Assembly: GCF_018977255.1 (NCBI RefSeq)
Contig: NW_024704742.1
Coordinates: 49,788,001 to 49,852,000, forward strand
DNA: 64,000 nucleotides
Direction of reading: 5' to 3'
From: Callorhinchus milii
Taxonomy: Eukaryota
Under the pieces are notes generated by a model that had not been told where the DNA came from, searched no databases, and saw nothing but the letters and a program-made list of their open reading frames with translations. Positions within the stretch are counted from its first letter, which is position 1, and the number at the start of each line of letters is the position of its first letter. The translations under genes and the position numbers were made by a program. Below, one piece after another: positions 50,565-64,000 of this stretch.

Positions 50565-51015
50565 GTGTCAGCCTGGCTCAGTTGATCGGATTCTCACCTC
50601 CGAGTTAGAAGCTTTGTGAATTCAAGCCTCACGTGAAACTTTTAACTCACATAGTCTAGACTCCAGGTTGACACTCTAGTGTGGTGCTGGGGCTGTGCTA
50701 CATTGTTGGAGATGCTGTCAGTTGGATGAAATGTCAAACCAGGTTCCCACCTGCCTGTTCAGGTGAACATGACACTATTTGAAAAGAAAAGAGAGTTTCT
50801 TCTCGTGACTTGGCCAAAAAAAAATAAAAATAAAATTACTTCTTTATTTCATGGCTGTTCTTTACTTCATGGAGGTTCATGGCTAATTTTGCTGTGTGCA
50901 AAATTAGCTGACATGTTCTCTCACAAAATAACACAGACACTATATTTTACATTATATCCTGTGAAGTGGTTTGACATGTCCTAGCTCTATATTAAATAAA
51001 ATTGTTATTCTTATA
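50565..51015 (+). mobile_element. Old SacSINE1-like DeuSINE, near full length
   Basis: GTGTCAGCCTGGCTCAGTTG head, core and GCTGTGTGCAAATTAGCTG Deu domain. Confidence 0.85.
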
Positions 51016-51549
51016 ACTGCATCCTTCAATCTACATCCAATACATGAAAAATAACTTGACCTTATGGATTTCATTCAAAGGATGATATTTCGAAGAACTC
51101 TATTGGGAGTTGTCAGAACTGAGCAAGGTGGGAATTGGGGGGAAGGGGTGGGAAAGTGAAGGCACACTCAAAAAGGTAGGGTTGTGATAACAGGGTTTCC
51201 AATGCAAACACAGACAATTACCAAGTTTAGATTGAGCACAGTTTGACAGCAGCCACAGTGGAAAGTAAGCAGCATATTTAAACACAGAAATTGAAAAGGT
51301 TATTTACTTGATTTCCAACACCGCTGGACACATGCTGAGCTGAATCCATTTGAACACACCAAGCTGAGAACAGCCTGAACATTACACCTTCTGAGCCTTG
51401 CTACATCATCTCCATTTGGGTACATATTTACACAAGGCAATTTGATCGAGTAAATAAATACTTCTTTCTGAGCAGTACATCAGCTGTTTTATAGTCTAAT
51501 CCTGCTCTCAACTGATATCAACACACAGGCATTTTAATAGGCATTACAA

Positions 51550-51875
51550 AACTCCTTGCATTTGATATAGTACATATAACATCAATGACTCAAAGAGCTT
51601 CACTGGGAATTTCTGTAAAGTGTAATTATTGTGCATTTTTAGGCTTAAACATCAACTAATTTTGCACAGCAAGATTCCACAATCAGCCATGAAATAAATG
51701 ATATTTTATCTGGAGGATTGTTGGCCAGGATACAGGGAAAAATAACCTCTTTTTGAAGTGCCTAGGGATCTTTATCCACCTGAACAGGCTGTTGGGGCCT
51801 CAGTTTAGCATTTTATTCTCAACACCTCCGTCCATGCAAGACTCATCCAACTCTTTGCCGGAGTGTCAGCATGGA
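51550..51875 (-). mobile_element. Old DeuSINE
   Basis: Reverse-oriented tail, Deu domain and core. Confidence 0.75.
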
Positions 51876-53918
51876 CAACAATCGGAACCATGAACCTCAT
51901 CCTAAATGAAATGCCCCAAATACTACTCTAGTGAACGTTAGTTAACTTAATTACCCTGCAGCTTTCTGGTCTGTAAGATGTAGTGATACTCCAGATGATA
52001 TCTTTTATCCATTCAGCTATTGGACAAGTAGCAATGTAGATCTAAATTTCTAAAAGTAAGAAACCCTTCAGACTATTTTGCCTTCTTTGCATTAATACAA
52101 TACCATAATAAAATCTTCAAGAAATTGAAGAAAATATGATGTTCATCTATAATGCGAATGAAAACAATCAAATGCGGGACTATTATTATTATATATCTTT
52201 AGTAAGATTGATAAAACATTTATTCAAGATACTACTGACACTAGTATCTAGAATAAATATATTTTATCAATCTTACTAAAGTGGCACACTTTCAATACTT
52301 TGCCAGTCATTACTTTGTCATTTATTAATGACAATCTTTGTGGTGTGAAAATGGTCACTATATTCCAGCTACTGGATATATTGGTATATCGTGGCTTGGT
52401 TGGTAACACTCTTGCTTCTAAATCAGAGAGTTTTAACTCAAGCCCCCACATTGTGACTCATAGTCTAGATTGAAATCTGTTAAGAAATAAATGATCTTGC
52501 TTATTAGAGTGAAGCTATGGCATTGTCTAGTGTTGTTATTTCCTACTTTTTTTCTCAATACCTGGACTTGCAAATTGAAACTGACATTAAAATGCACTTC
52601 AGCTGTAGAATATTACAGTCTGCATTTTGAAAACAATTGTAGAGTTGAAAAGATTTCCCAGAAAAGCCATGGGCACTTCTTCTGCTTTGAATTTCTTTAG
52701 ATGTTTGCTGTGGTTCCTTGCAAATGTATGGTTATTTCTGTGCATTACGTCCAACTGCAGACTGCAGAAAAGGCAGTTGTCATATCATTCGGTTTGAAAT
52801 TATTTTTTCTCTTGCAATATTTTTAGAATCGTTCCCTGCTTCAAAATATTTTTACAGGAATTATTTCTGCATTCTGTTCTGCATAAGCAATGTTGCATAA
52901 TGAAAAACACACAAGGGCAACCTATGATCAAAAGTATATCAGACAGGAAAGCCACTGAACTCGAATGAGCTGTTTACTCCCGGAATCATTTTGCTCCAAG
53001 GCTGAGGATTTCTTTAGCTTTTGATGTTTACTTGAGTTATTTGCTCTTTTTTTATTTTTTGTGTATATTTGGTTTAGGTTTATGAACTGTGATGTGATTT
53101 TTTTTAATGTACTGAATTCTAGCACTGAAGTACCTGAGGCATTTATTAGCTCAAATAAAGTTTCTGCATAAAATCTTTAATAAGATCTGTTTCTAGCCTT
53201 TAATTTAAATGCCCTGTATTTATATTGCCTCAAAGATCTTCTCATTGATTTTGAAAAAAATAGTTACATGAACAAATGGTATGCTTGCACTTCACATTCT
53301 TTAATATTAACAATTAGACTGAATCAAACCTAGATTGCTGGACTTTGTGCACAGGGCTTCAGGATTAATCTACTGTAGGTCAATGCATCAAATCAGTCAA
53401 ATAGAGAAAAAGAAAGATGGTACCACCCATGAATTGATACATTCTAGATAGTTATGATCTCCATCCTATATTAAAGATGTCCTAACATGGGAGCGAGTAT
53501 GATGACAGGGATATTTTTAAATATGAACAATATTTCCTAACTATGTAAAATTCCTTGTTCATTCATTTAAAAGAAGTGCCAGAGCAAAATAGGCCTCTGT
53601 GAAGAGGAAAATCTTCTACTTCCACAAAAATCACTCCTTCATTTGTTCTATTGGTAACATTTATCAAATATTTTGCATTTCTTTGACAAAATCATTATTT
53701 TTTTCTACACTGCATCCCTATGGATGCTCCAAAATATGCTGAAGCAAACTCAATCAGTAATGAGAAAGAGAATGTCTGATCTCCTCTGGTATGTGTTTCA
53801 GCAACGTAAACGATAAAATTCAATTTTATTTACAATTTTTTCCATTGATACTTATCCCCATAATGCCTGCAACTGTACTTTGGTGTAATAGTAAGTGTAA
53901 GCACCTATAACCAAATAT

Positions 53919-55165
53919 CATAAGACCATAAGATGTTGGAGCAGGAGTAAGCCATTCGGCCCCTCCGAGCCTGCCCCACCATTTAATAAGATCATGGCTG
54001 ATCTTCTAACCTAATTCCACTTACCCGCCCTATCCCCATATCCCTTAATCCCTCTATCCTTTAGAAATCTATCAACCTCAGTCTTGAATATGTTCAAGGA
54101 TTGAGCATCCACAGCCTTCTGGGGTAGAGAATTCCACAAATTCACTACCTTCTGAGTGAAGAAATGTTTCCTCAACTCAGTTCGAAAAGGCTGACCCTTA
54201 ATCTTGAGACTATGACCCCTAGTTTTAGATTCTCCAACCAGGGGAAACAGTCTCATAGCATCTACCCTGTCAAGACCCTTAAGAATCTTATAAGTTTCTA
54301 TAAGATCACCTCTAATTCTTCTATATTCTAGAGAATATAGGCCTAGTTTACGCAACCTATTCTCATATGTCAACCCCCTCATCCCAGGAAACAACCTAGT
54401 GAATCTACACTGCACCCCTTCTAAGGCGAGTATGTCCTTTCTTAAATAAGGAAAACAAAACTGTACACAATATTCCAGGTGGGATCTCACCAAGGCCTTA
54501 TACAACTGCAGGAAGACTTCCCTACTCTTATACTCTAACCCTTTTGCAACAAACTCCAACATGGCATTAGCCTTCCTAGTTGCTTGGTGTAGCTGCATAT
54601 TAACTTTTTGTGACTGGTGTACAAGGACACCCAAATCCCTCTGAACACTAATACTACCTAGTCTCTCCCCCTCTAGAAAATAATCTGCTTTTCTATTTTT
54701 ACTGCCTAGGTGAATAACTTCACACTTCCCCACATTATACTCCATCTGCCATCTTCTTGCCCACTCACCTAGCCTGTTTATTTTCCTTTGCATTTTTTGT
54801 GTGTTATCCTCACAGTTTACCCCCCCACCTATCTTCGTATTGTCCGCTAATTTAGATATGTTAAGTTCTATTTCCTCATCTAAATCGGTGATATAGACTG
54901 TAAATAATTGAGGCCCAAGCACTGATCCTTGTGGCACTCCACTAGTCACATCCTGCTAATCTGAGAAGGACCCGTCTATCCCTACTCTCTGTTTTCTTCC
55001 TGTTAGCCACTCTCCAATCCATGCTAATATTTTACCTTTAATTCCATGGGCTCTAATCTCATGCAATGGCCTTTTATGTGGCACCTTGTCGAATGCCTTC
55101 TGGAAATCCAAATACACCACATCTACTGGTTTCCCCCCTATCTAACCTGCTAGTTACATCCTCAA
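53919..55165 (-). mobile_element. CR1-clade LINE, 5'-truncated, with a 312-aa RT C-terminal ORF (54011-54949)
   Basis: [20 protein letters not shown] (catalytic FADD mutated), LYKALVRSHLEYCVQF and FFTQKVVNLWNSLP; CATAAGAC tail repeats. Confidence 0.97.
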
Positions 55166-55364
55166 AATACCATTTGAAACAGAAAGGCATATGATTCCTA
55201 ACAGACCCTATTGACCTCAACATTGCCAGCTTTATGTTCATAATGTAGAAAGAGAAAGAAAAGCACCAAAGTTGTAAATTTGGCATTAAAATACAATAGT
55301 TGATACAGTATCTCAACAAGAAATATACAATATTAGATTGGTTGGGCTGGAGACATCCCTTTAT

Positions 55365-56268
55365 AATAACAACAATAAGATTTCATTTATAGCGCGCCTT
55401 TCACGTCGGGAAGACGTCCCAAGGCGCTGGACAGTTGGGTCGGGACCCGAGCAGGGAGGAAATGGTCAGGTTGAGGGGAGGGAAGGGAGGGAGCGAGGAG
55501 GGGGGTAGAGAGTCGAGAGTGGAGCTGAAGGCACGGTCGAACAGAAAGGTCTTGAGACCGGCCTTGAAGGAGGAAAGGGAGGAGGCGGCGAAGGCACTGG
55601 GGGATAGAGTTCCAGAGCCTGGGGGCTGAGAGGGTGAAGGCCCGGCCACCGATGGTAGGGCGGTTGGGGCGGGGGATTTGGAGCAGACCGGAGCCAGAGG
55701 AACGGAGGGTACGGGCAGGTAAGTAGGGGGATAGTAGGTCGGAGAGGTAGGAGGGAGCGAGGCCGTGAATGGCCTTGTAGGTGAGGATGAGGATCTTGAA
55801 TTCGATCCTCTGGGGATGGAGAGCCAGTGGAGGCGAGCGAGGGTGGGAGTGATGTGGTCGCGAAGCCTGGTGCGGGACAGTACACGAGCTGCAGAGTTCT
55901 GAATGACCTGCAGCTTGTGGAGGGAGGTGCCGGGAAGGCCGGCGAGGAGAGAGTTCCCATAGTCCAGCCTTGAGGTGATAAAGGCATGGACCAGAGTTTC
56001 AGCAGCGTGACGGGTGAGGTAGTGCCGTAGTCTGGCGATGTTCCAGAGGTGATGGAAGGCAGTGCCAGTTGTGCCACGGATATGAGGGAGAAAGGACAGC
56101 TCAGGGTCGAACAGAACGCCAAAGTTCCTGACGGCTTTGAGAGGTGGAGAGTGCAGTCTTGGATGCTGATGCTGTCAGCGCCTGAGGTGCTGAGGCGCTG
56201 ACGTGAGCCAATCAGGAGGGCCTCAGTTTTGCGCACGTTGAGCTGAAGGAAGTTATCTCTCGTCCAGG
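55365..56268 (-). mobile_element. Young L2 LINE 3' fragment
   Basis: Near-identical to 7935-8847. Confidence 0.96.
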
Positions 56269-58159
56269 ATATAAGATATAACAGGGAAACAAAGAAAACA
56301 AGGATATCACAAAGATAATAATCCTTACATTCATATATCACCTTATAACGTAGGATTTTACTGTCAAGTGTCATCACCATGTATTTGTAGGTGAACACCT
56401 ATAATACAGCCAGTTTACACACACACACCTAAACAGGTTGCTTGGCTAATGTCTCATCTGAAGAGTGACAAGGTAGTGCAACCCCAGAACTGCACTGAAA
56501 TGTGAGCCTAAACTGTTTCTTTGCTCATTTCTAGAAAAACACTAAATACATGTATAGCAAGGCAAAGGGACATGGGAACAGGAAGAGACCATTTGGTTTT
56601 CTGTGTTCGAATACTAGTGGGTCTGATCTTCCATTCTGTTAAAAGAAATTACCATTAAGAGCATTTTTCCTTCTTTTTTTTGTGTTGCTAAAATGCGCGA
56701 ATTTGCATTGAATTTCATTGCCACAGTTCTGCCTACTCTGCTAACTAAATAATTCGTAAAATGTGTGGTAGTTTCTCACCCCATTTTATGTTAATTAGCA
56801 CAAACAAAAGGTTAAGAAACACAGCGATTTTGCTTCCTATTTGGTAATTAATACTACTTGAACTCAGTGATCTGCTTTCAGCCTCAGTTCTCACCTAACA
56901 TGCTCCCCGAGGATCTTGAGGTTAATTGGCTGGGGGATGGGGAGCCAAGCGATGGGATTGATAGGCTCATGGAACCTAGTGTGGGAGAGGACACAGGTTG
57001 CAAAGTTCTCGTGCAGGTTTGGACTCGGTGCAATTTCTCCCCAAAGGAGTTTAGCCTTTGAAATTCCCTCTGTTCTGTTTAGTCTCACCAATATAATAGG
57101 GATCCCACAACATGAATCATTTGATTCATCTCACAGTGCTGGTCTCCGCTCTGAATATTCTTTCATTGTCAAACAGCGATTTACAAGTATCTATTTCAAT
57201 CTCCTATATTTTACTTGCTGCACTGCTAAAGCATTTAAATCCATTCAAATCTTCTTGTTCTTAAACGAGCATTGCCTGATCTGCTGCAGATGCACTGCCT
57301 GTTGCAAATTCAACAACACAAAGGTTTAGATTGATATTTATATACGTTGAGAGGATTTCTCAAAGTAGTGCCTCACACAGCTAACTGGGAGCCCAAGCTG
57401 GGGGGCAAGGGGGGAAAGGCTTAGTAGAGAGGAAGGGGATGCTGATCAGAAGCATGGTCAAAACAATAACTCTTAATGTGTGTAGTTCACTGATGATTCA
57501 ATGTGCTTCTAAATTCTGAATATGGATGTTATTATTCCTTTTTAATAGTGCAGATTTTGAAAACAAATCTTTCATACATTGTACAAAAGCTGTAAAAACA
57601 TGTACTGTGTTTAATAACTGTGTTTCACTGCAGAAATATAGAAGAAATAATTGCATTTTATCGTGATGTTTTTTAACTAGCAGAATTGCATTTTTTTCTT
57701 TTATTTCTTTTGCCAAATATAAAATGAGACAAGATTTATTATTTTTCAGAAATACAAGATTGATGTTGGGAAGCAATTATTTGGGATATAAATCTTTCAT
57801 AATGATTACATTTGTGTTGGTTGTATTAAATATGTCACAGAAGACGGAAAAAGCAGCTTGGCAAACATTGATTTGTCTCTGCTGTCTGGATGATTTGAAA
57901 CAGGCACTGATTTGTGTTTTCTTGGGTCCCTGAAATCTCAGCAGAACTCAAGTCCTCTAATGGTTTTGCCAATTGAAGATAATTATTTAAGGATGGCTTG
58001 ACATCATTCTTTTTTTAAACAAAAGTCTTATTATTTTGCAATTCCTTTACAGACACTCAATTGTTATGCCAACATCACGATGGAAAGCAACTGCTGCATG
58101 TGAACTGTAGTCTAATCTATAAAGTATATAAAAACAACAATAGTTAATAATCTAGTCCA

Positions 58160-58325
58160 TGAAGTCCTGTAGCCTATTGGTTAGAGCACCAGCCTCGTAA
58201 GCGAGAGGACCTGAGTTTGATTCAGGCAAGTGTTCCTACTCTACACACCTCTGTTTACCTAGTAAGTAGGAATCCAGTTGTTAGTCAATTGATATATGGC
58301 TTTTTCGAGAATAATAATCCCTAAA
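58160..58325 (+). mobile_element. tRNA-Deu-L2 SINE 5' half
   Basis: AGTCCTGTAGCCTATTGGTTAGAGCACC...GCGAGAGGACCTGAGTTTGATTC head. Confidence 0.85.
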
Positions 58326-58818
58326 GGATTAACGGTTAATGCAACAGTATCACATGGGAGAGACAACCTAAGTATTCCCAAGCGTTTTGGATATTGCAAG
58401 CATGGTAGCTGTAACTTGCCGAATTCTAGGTGAGGACTAAATAAGGTAGCTTTCATTAAGACACAAATGAACCTTTCTCTGAGATTGTAAGGCAAGACAC
58501 ATTAATAATACTACAATATTTTGTCTTGACAGTGAAAAAACAAGCAAGAAGAATGTACTGATTTTATTAGATTGAATACAGTATACTGAATAAATTCTCC
58601 TAGTATTCAGCCAATGTTTACATTGATTGGTACTTTACCAGGATTCAGGAGATTGAGTAATGTTCTTGGATTTGAAGCGTGTCCCATCAATAACTTCAAG
58701 AAGACCATTATATTATTGATTGTTCTGGCCAGAATCCAAATTGACCCCTTTTCAAGTTGGCATCCTGTTGCTCAGCCTATTTGAAGGGCTACTCATGGGA
58801 TAGGTTTCTGGCTAGAAT

Positions 58819-59008
58819 TGTGGTAGTATAATGTAAGAATATAAATATATATGCCTGAAGTCCTGCTCCTGAGCCATGTCTATTTCATGCATCAGCATAG
58901 CTCAGTTGGCAGCACTCTTGCCTTTGAATCAGAAGATTGTGGATTTAAGCCTCACATCGGGAATTTGAACTCTCACAGTCAGTGTGGTATTCCAGATGAT
59001 CTGTATCC
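58819..59008. repeat. Local duplication source (copy at 59920-60109)
   Basis: About 190 bp of unique flank plus an old SINE head, repeated 1.1 kb downstream. Confidence 0.95.
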
Positions 59009-59695
59009 CAGGATAGGTGTTGAGGGGTAAAGGTGAAGGACAATGATCTCATCCCTTCACCCTCTACTCAACATGTTGCAACTGTAGTCCGATACACCCC
59101 TTTCCGAATTTGGTAGCTTCCAGTGGCTAATTATTGTTTCATATGTAAGCTTGGAGCCTGTTTATTAATGTAGGTGCTGTTCGAAACATGCTGATTGTTA
59201 TGCTTTCAAAGCATACAAAGTCCCTGTTACTGTTCAACGGGGGCTTTGTTATGTTTTATATGTCAGGCTGAAAGTTATTTTTATTGTTGTATTTGTTTCG
59301 AACATTGAAAATGATTTTCAATGGGAAGCCAGTGGAGTTAAGTTTTAAAGCTATGTGATAGCTACTGATTGCTTGAGGAACCATTTAAACTGGATGCACA
59401 AAGAGTGAGCAATGCTAGCTTTTACATTTCATTTTTATACCGCAAGGTAACTTGACAAAATAATGAATGAGTGACAAAGTCAGGTCTTGGTGCTGTTGAT
59501 CTGGTTCACAAGTGCTTTATCAATCATATACTGCAGCTAGAGCTTGGTGTTCAGTCTTAGGCTTCTTAGAATTATATGTAATGTGTGTGTTAAAGAGTGT
59601 GTTATATGATTTATATACTACGGTTCCACAGAACAGTACCATTAACTGGATGCCTGCCTTTTTTAGGCAACCAGTTAATATTATTCAAAATAGTA

Positions 59696-60150
59696 TAATA
59701 ATAATCCTTGCATTTGATATAGCACCTTATCATAACTTTGAGATTCTCAAAGTGCTTCACAGAATATACTGTAAAGTGAATTGACTGTATATTTTGTGGG
59801 TAGAACAAGGCAGCCATTTGTGCACAGCAGTGTCCCACAAACAGTTGTGGATTGAGTGACCAACTTATTATTATTTTTTAAGGGATTATTACCCCTGGAA
59901 AAGCAATCCGCCAATCGACTGTGGTAGTGTAATGTAAGAATATAAATATATAGGCCTGAAGTCCTGCTCCTGAGCCCTATTTATTTCATGCGTCAGCATA
60001 GCTTAGTTGGCAGAACTCTCGCCTTTGAGTCAGAAGGTTGTGGATTTAAACCTCACATCGGGAATTTGAACTCTCACAGTCATTGTGGTATTCCAGATGA
60101 TCTGTATCCGGTTGCTAGGCTTGTGGAGTAAGAAAACTTGCCCAACATTT
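59696..60150 (-). mobile_element. Young SINE containing a ~190-bp insert copied from 58819-59008
   Basis: SINE body runs to CCAATCGACT (59920) and resumes ...GTGGAGTAAGAAAACTTGCCCAAC after 60109. Confidence 0.9.
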
Positions 60151-61834
60151 GCCCAACATTTTGGGATAAATGACAGACATGAACTGAAAAATATCCTGAC
60201 TGCTGCAATGTCTGTCATTGGGTCCATTATATGGAACCTGATCTTGAGGTGTTCTGAGAGGGTTTGCACTCAGCGGTGTTGGAAGGTTTCTTTCACCTTG
60301 AGGTCCAAGTATCAGTTTTCTTTGTGGGATTTCTTAATGTAGAATTCCATTAGAATTCCTGTCAACGTGGGGGAACTCTGCTCCATGTGTAGGTCAAATC
60401 AGAACAAAATTCTTGCAGGTTGCATTGACGTATTTTTATTCATTTTTACCAGTTTTCAAGAAGTACCTCTTTGAATGTGCATTCAGTTTATCTTTCCTCT
60501 CCCCACTCACTTCAGCTCCCACCCACCTGGCTCGGGGCCAGCATTGTGAAGCACTTTGAGATGTCTTCCGGATGTGAAAGGTGCTATATAAATGTGGATA
60601 GCCAGCAAATGCTGGTGCAAGCAGGTGGAGTCACTCACCAAATGTGACTAAGACTCAGACAAACTTCCCATTCAGTACAAAGTAGAGTCCATTCTGAATG
60701 TCAAGGTTAATATGTTAGGGAAACTAATTATTTAGCACACGCTAGCCGGCTAGTCCCAATCAGGTGGTCAAAGTAGCTGATTCTCTACTTGAGAACACCG
60801 AATATGTGCTTAATGATGACAATTTTTGTTTGCCGACAGTTTCTGCATGAATTGCATGGTTGCTATTCATGGTGGCATTGGGTGCCAGTTCTGAGCTGTA
60901 GGTCAAGGCAACAAGGCCACAGTACTTTTAAGTACTCGAAAGCTACAACATGATTTAGTTTCACTGGAATTGTGTCCCTTCCAATTAACAAACTTAATTG
61001 ATGTTTTCACAATTAGCTTTTCTAACAGTCTCTGACACTGAAGACTATCATGTTCCTTCCCACTTAAGAACACAAACAAGGAGGGACAAAGCATGATTTA
61101 AAGAATTGAGTAAGTGTACGTATTATGGGAATCATGCTTAAGTTTCAATTGCATGACAATAACCTAACAATGATAAAATCATTCTTCTGTCAAACAACTC
61201 GCTAGTAACAGCAAAACTCATTATCGAGATGCTAATCTAGTACAAAGCTTACTGGAAAGAGCTTGAAGATAATTTCCTGGTACAGACAGCAAAGGCAAGT
61301 CCAGAACTGCTGGGACTTCTGAACACTCTAGGATCAGCTGGCACACACCGGTTATTGAAATAAGCAAAAAAGAAAGCATCAGAGAGATTAATGGGTAAAG
61401 TAATTGTGACACGCTACAATTTGCGAAGCAGATGAGTGTCCCTCTGCATTTGTAAAAATTCGCTGTTATTCATCATATCGATCTGTGGAAATTTTAAAGC
61501 ATAGAGTAGTTGCATCAGTTCTCATGTTCTTATGTTCATATTAATGACAGCACAAAAGTGTGATGTCAGTGAGAGGCATACAGAAAACTATCATGGAAAA
61601 TTAACAAGTAAATATGTGTGTAGGGTTTCTCAAATTTATGACCCTGCGGTGATGACACAAATTCTCAATTGACACAAACTCTCAATTTGATTCAATTAGT
61701 ATTTTTTTAATAACGATTAACAAAATTATACATATCAAGGTTATATATATCATATAAACAAACTAATGCTTAGTACAGGTCATTACAATGAGTTGATCAA
61801 ATCAATACAGTGGCTTTGATGGAGCAATCGACTT

Positions 61835-62078
61835 GTTTCCTTACTCTACACACCTCTGTTTACCTAGGAGTAAGTAGGACCCCGGTTGTTAGTCGATTGG
61901 TGGATTGCTTTTCTGTGTTTTTGGTAATAATTCCTTCAAAAAAAAATTAATAGTAAATTGGTCACTCAATCCACGATTGTTTGTGGGACACTGCTGAGCG
62001 CAATTGGCTGCTGCGCTTCACCCACAAAATATACAGTATAAGGCGCTATATCAAATGCAAGGATTATTATTAATAATA
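61835..62078 (+). mobile_element. tRNA-Deu-L2 SINE, truncated and internally deleted
   Basis: Body, Deu core and tail are present; the stem-loop region is deleted. Confidence 0.88.
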
Positions 62079-62224
62079 ACCCTATTTCCTTAAGATTCCC
62101 CAAACTCTGCTCCTCTGATTTTTCCCCCAAAATGTCTTTATACCTATACTTTACGGTAGCGGTAAAGTGAGAGAGCACTGGCTTTACGGTAGATGTCATC
62201 AAAAAGCATCATAAGGCATTGTAA

Positions 62225-62343
62225 ATGCCCTAAATCCCAAGAATTCCCAATGATTTTTCTCCTGGGTTGCTCACAGCAGTGTCCGGGAGATTAAACTTTA
62301 ATTTCAGGAGACTCCAGGACAATCTGGGAGGGTTGGCAACCCA
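62225..62343. mobile_element. hAT-type (Tip100-like) non-autonomous terminus
   Basis: Subterminal CCGGGAG/CAGGAG/CTGGGAG repeats ending in GGTTGGCAACCC. Confidence 0.55.
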
Positions 62344-62454
62344 GCAGGCACTTAGCGGACGTTGGCACCCATGCCCAGATGTGGTGTTTTCCACAAGTGG
62401 GTGCTGGCTGAGTGAACGAAAGAGAGTGGCCTGGGAGGATATGGTGAGGACCAA

Positions 62455-62530
62455 CAGCTAACTCGTCACATTGGGTAATTCGTCACTGGATCCTTTTCTC
62501 TTGGAGTGACGCGTTATCTGGAGTTTACTG
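62455..62530. mobile_element. Short Tigger-like MITE remnant
   Basis: Ends GCGTTATCTGGAGTTTACTG|TA, the same terminus as 31613-31632. Confidence 0.65.
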
Positions 62531-63546
62531 TATTCCCTTCTCCAGAGGTTTTTGGGTCTCACACAGCACAGGAGTAATTCCTAGTATGTGGCAGGGAAGA
62601 AAGGAAAATGATCAACTAAATTTGTGCCTTGTGTAATGCTTCCAGATTTGCTTATTGGGAACACATTTGTGCAGCCAGTCAACCTGTGCTGAAACTGCTC
62701 AAACACTTACTAATTCTAATCATTCCATGCAAGTTTCCTAATCATGAAAAGAACGAAACTCCATACAATAGAAAGTCCATTAAATCCCCAAAGTACTTAT
62801 ACGAGACTCAAGGCAATATAATAAACAATGGATACATTCCCAGCAGTTGAATAATCTCACATGGATGTATTGCTTCAAATCTACTGCCACAAATCTCCAA
62901 TGCACAGAAATCTCAGTCAACAGGTAGGGTTATCTCTCAAGTTCAGGTTAATCATCGTCTCTGCTGAGTTTATGCCACTGTTTATGGATGGCAAAATCTG
63001 GCTTCTGTTGTTGCATCCACTGAGATTTTGGGGAACTGACAGCATTTCATTTGTTTGTGTTTTAAAAGGAAATTATCTCTGCCAGAGTTCAAGCTGCAGT
63101 AATTCCCTTCCCACAAAACATTTTCAAATAGACAGAGTCACATGATTGGGTCTATCGCTTCTGATCACTTATAATAGGAATCTTTGATTACAGGTCTTGT
63201 AATGGGCAATCCCTTTAAAATCAGGTAATGAAAAGGTGGCCATTATTAGCCATCACCACTTGATAGAACCCAATGTCAGGCAATTATCTGTTAAAAGTGT
63301 TATATCTATTTCAACACTTGTGGAAAACGTTTGAGTAGGCCTCAGAAATGTGTTATCTTGAGCAATACATTGTAGGGGAAAATTAAATGCTTTTGGCTGG
63401 GCCACATTGAGGGTAAAGGTAAGACAGGCCTTCTTGCTGTGTATCAATGTAGGTCAGCTTGTTCTCTGAAATGATGATCTGTCCCCTGTGTTTTCCTATA
63501 ACTTCAGTTCTTGACATTGCCTGTATGAATTTTGCTTTCCTTGCAG

Positions 63547-63599
63547 AAGTTCATGAAATGCAACCAGTCTGTTTAGACTCCCAGTTGCCTGCCCTTCAA
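63547..63599 (+). CDS. Candidate exon (EVHEMQPVCLDSQLPALQ; phase 1)
   Basis: Strong acceptor ttttgctttccttgcag; the donor CAA|gttaga is weak. Confidence 0.25.
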
Positions 63600-63749
63600 G
63601 TTAGATTGGTGTTGCTCACTGATCGCAAGTTCTGAAAGCATTATTTTTTTTCTCTGTCAAGCAAAGGCAGAGGGTTGCTAGGGCTAGAGGGGGTTTACGC
63701 CTCATGCGCCCCACCTCCCCCCCAAATCTATCTACAGTCACTGTTTCCT

Positions 63750-63870
63750 TTTTTTGGACAGACGGGCGTCTGACACATGAGGAAACCCACATCATGCTTA
63801 AGAGTATCCAAACCAAACTGAGAATGCCATGCATCCCACCTACACAGTGAAGATTCCAAGGGGAGCCGGG
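63750..63870 (+). repeat. Unclassified dispersed repeat (family of 36118-36570)
   Basis: GTCTGACACATGAGGAAACCCACATCATGCTTAAGAGTATCCAAACC. Confidence 0.8.
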
Positions 63871-64000
63871 AAGGGAAAGCCCTGAGCTTTGAGGAGGACC
63901 ACAGTTTGTTGTTGTTGTCCTTGATTTGCTGATGAGCCTGACAGTCAAGTCAGTGGCTCACCTATCTTAAAAGGATCCAACCCTTTAACTGAGTTTTACT

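Noticed and set aside
63928..63962. CTGATGAG as a second hammerhead core
   Set aside because: There is no GAAA after the stem and no stem III.

Overview
This is eukaryotic, repeat-dense vertebrate DNA, most likely intronic. The repeat complement points to a cartilaginous fish, possibly a chimaera (inferred from repeat families, not proven). The window is dominated by 5'-truncated L2-clade LINEs with (TTG)n tails, CR1-clade LINE fragments and two tRNA-derived DeuSINE-type families that share the L2 3' stem-loop. It also holds small DNA-transposon/MITE remnants and a Penelope-like terminal repeat carrying a hammerhead ribozyme core. Nearly all long ORFs in the track are LINE reverse-transcriptase fragments or their shadow frames. 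A series of small candidate + strand exons suggests an unidentified multi-exon host gene; the best pairs are 4639-4726/5234-5270 and 24007-24076/27522-27558. The most notable observations are: (1) a split, decayed GIY-YIG-like reading frame next to the hammerhead repeat; (2) a young L2 subfamily whose copies share the same frameshifts; (3) recurrent antisense insertions at one site of the SINE/LINE tail; (4) local templated duplications, one resembling an H/ACA RNA; (5) an unclassified multi-copy repeat. No prokaryotic system, CRISPR array or intact autonomous element is supported.
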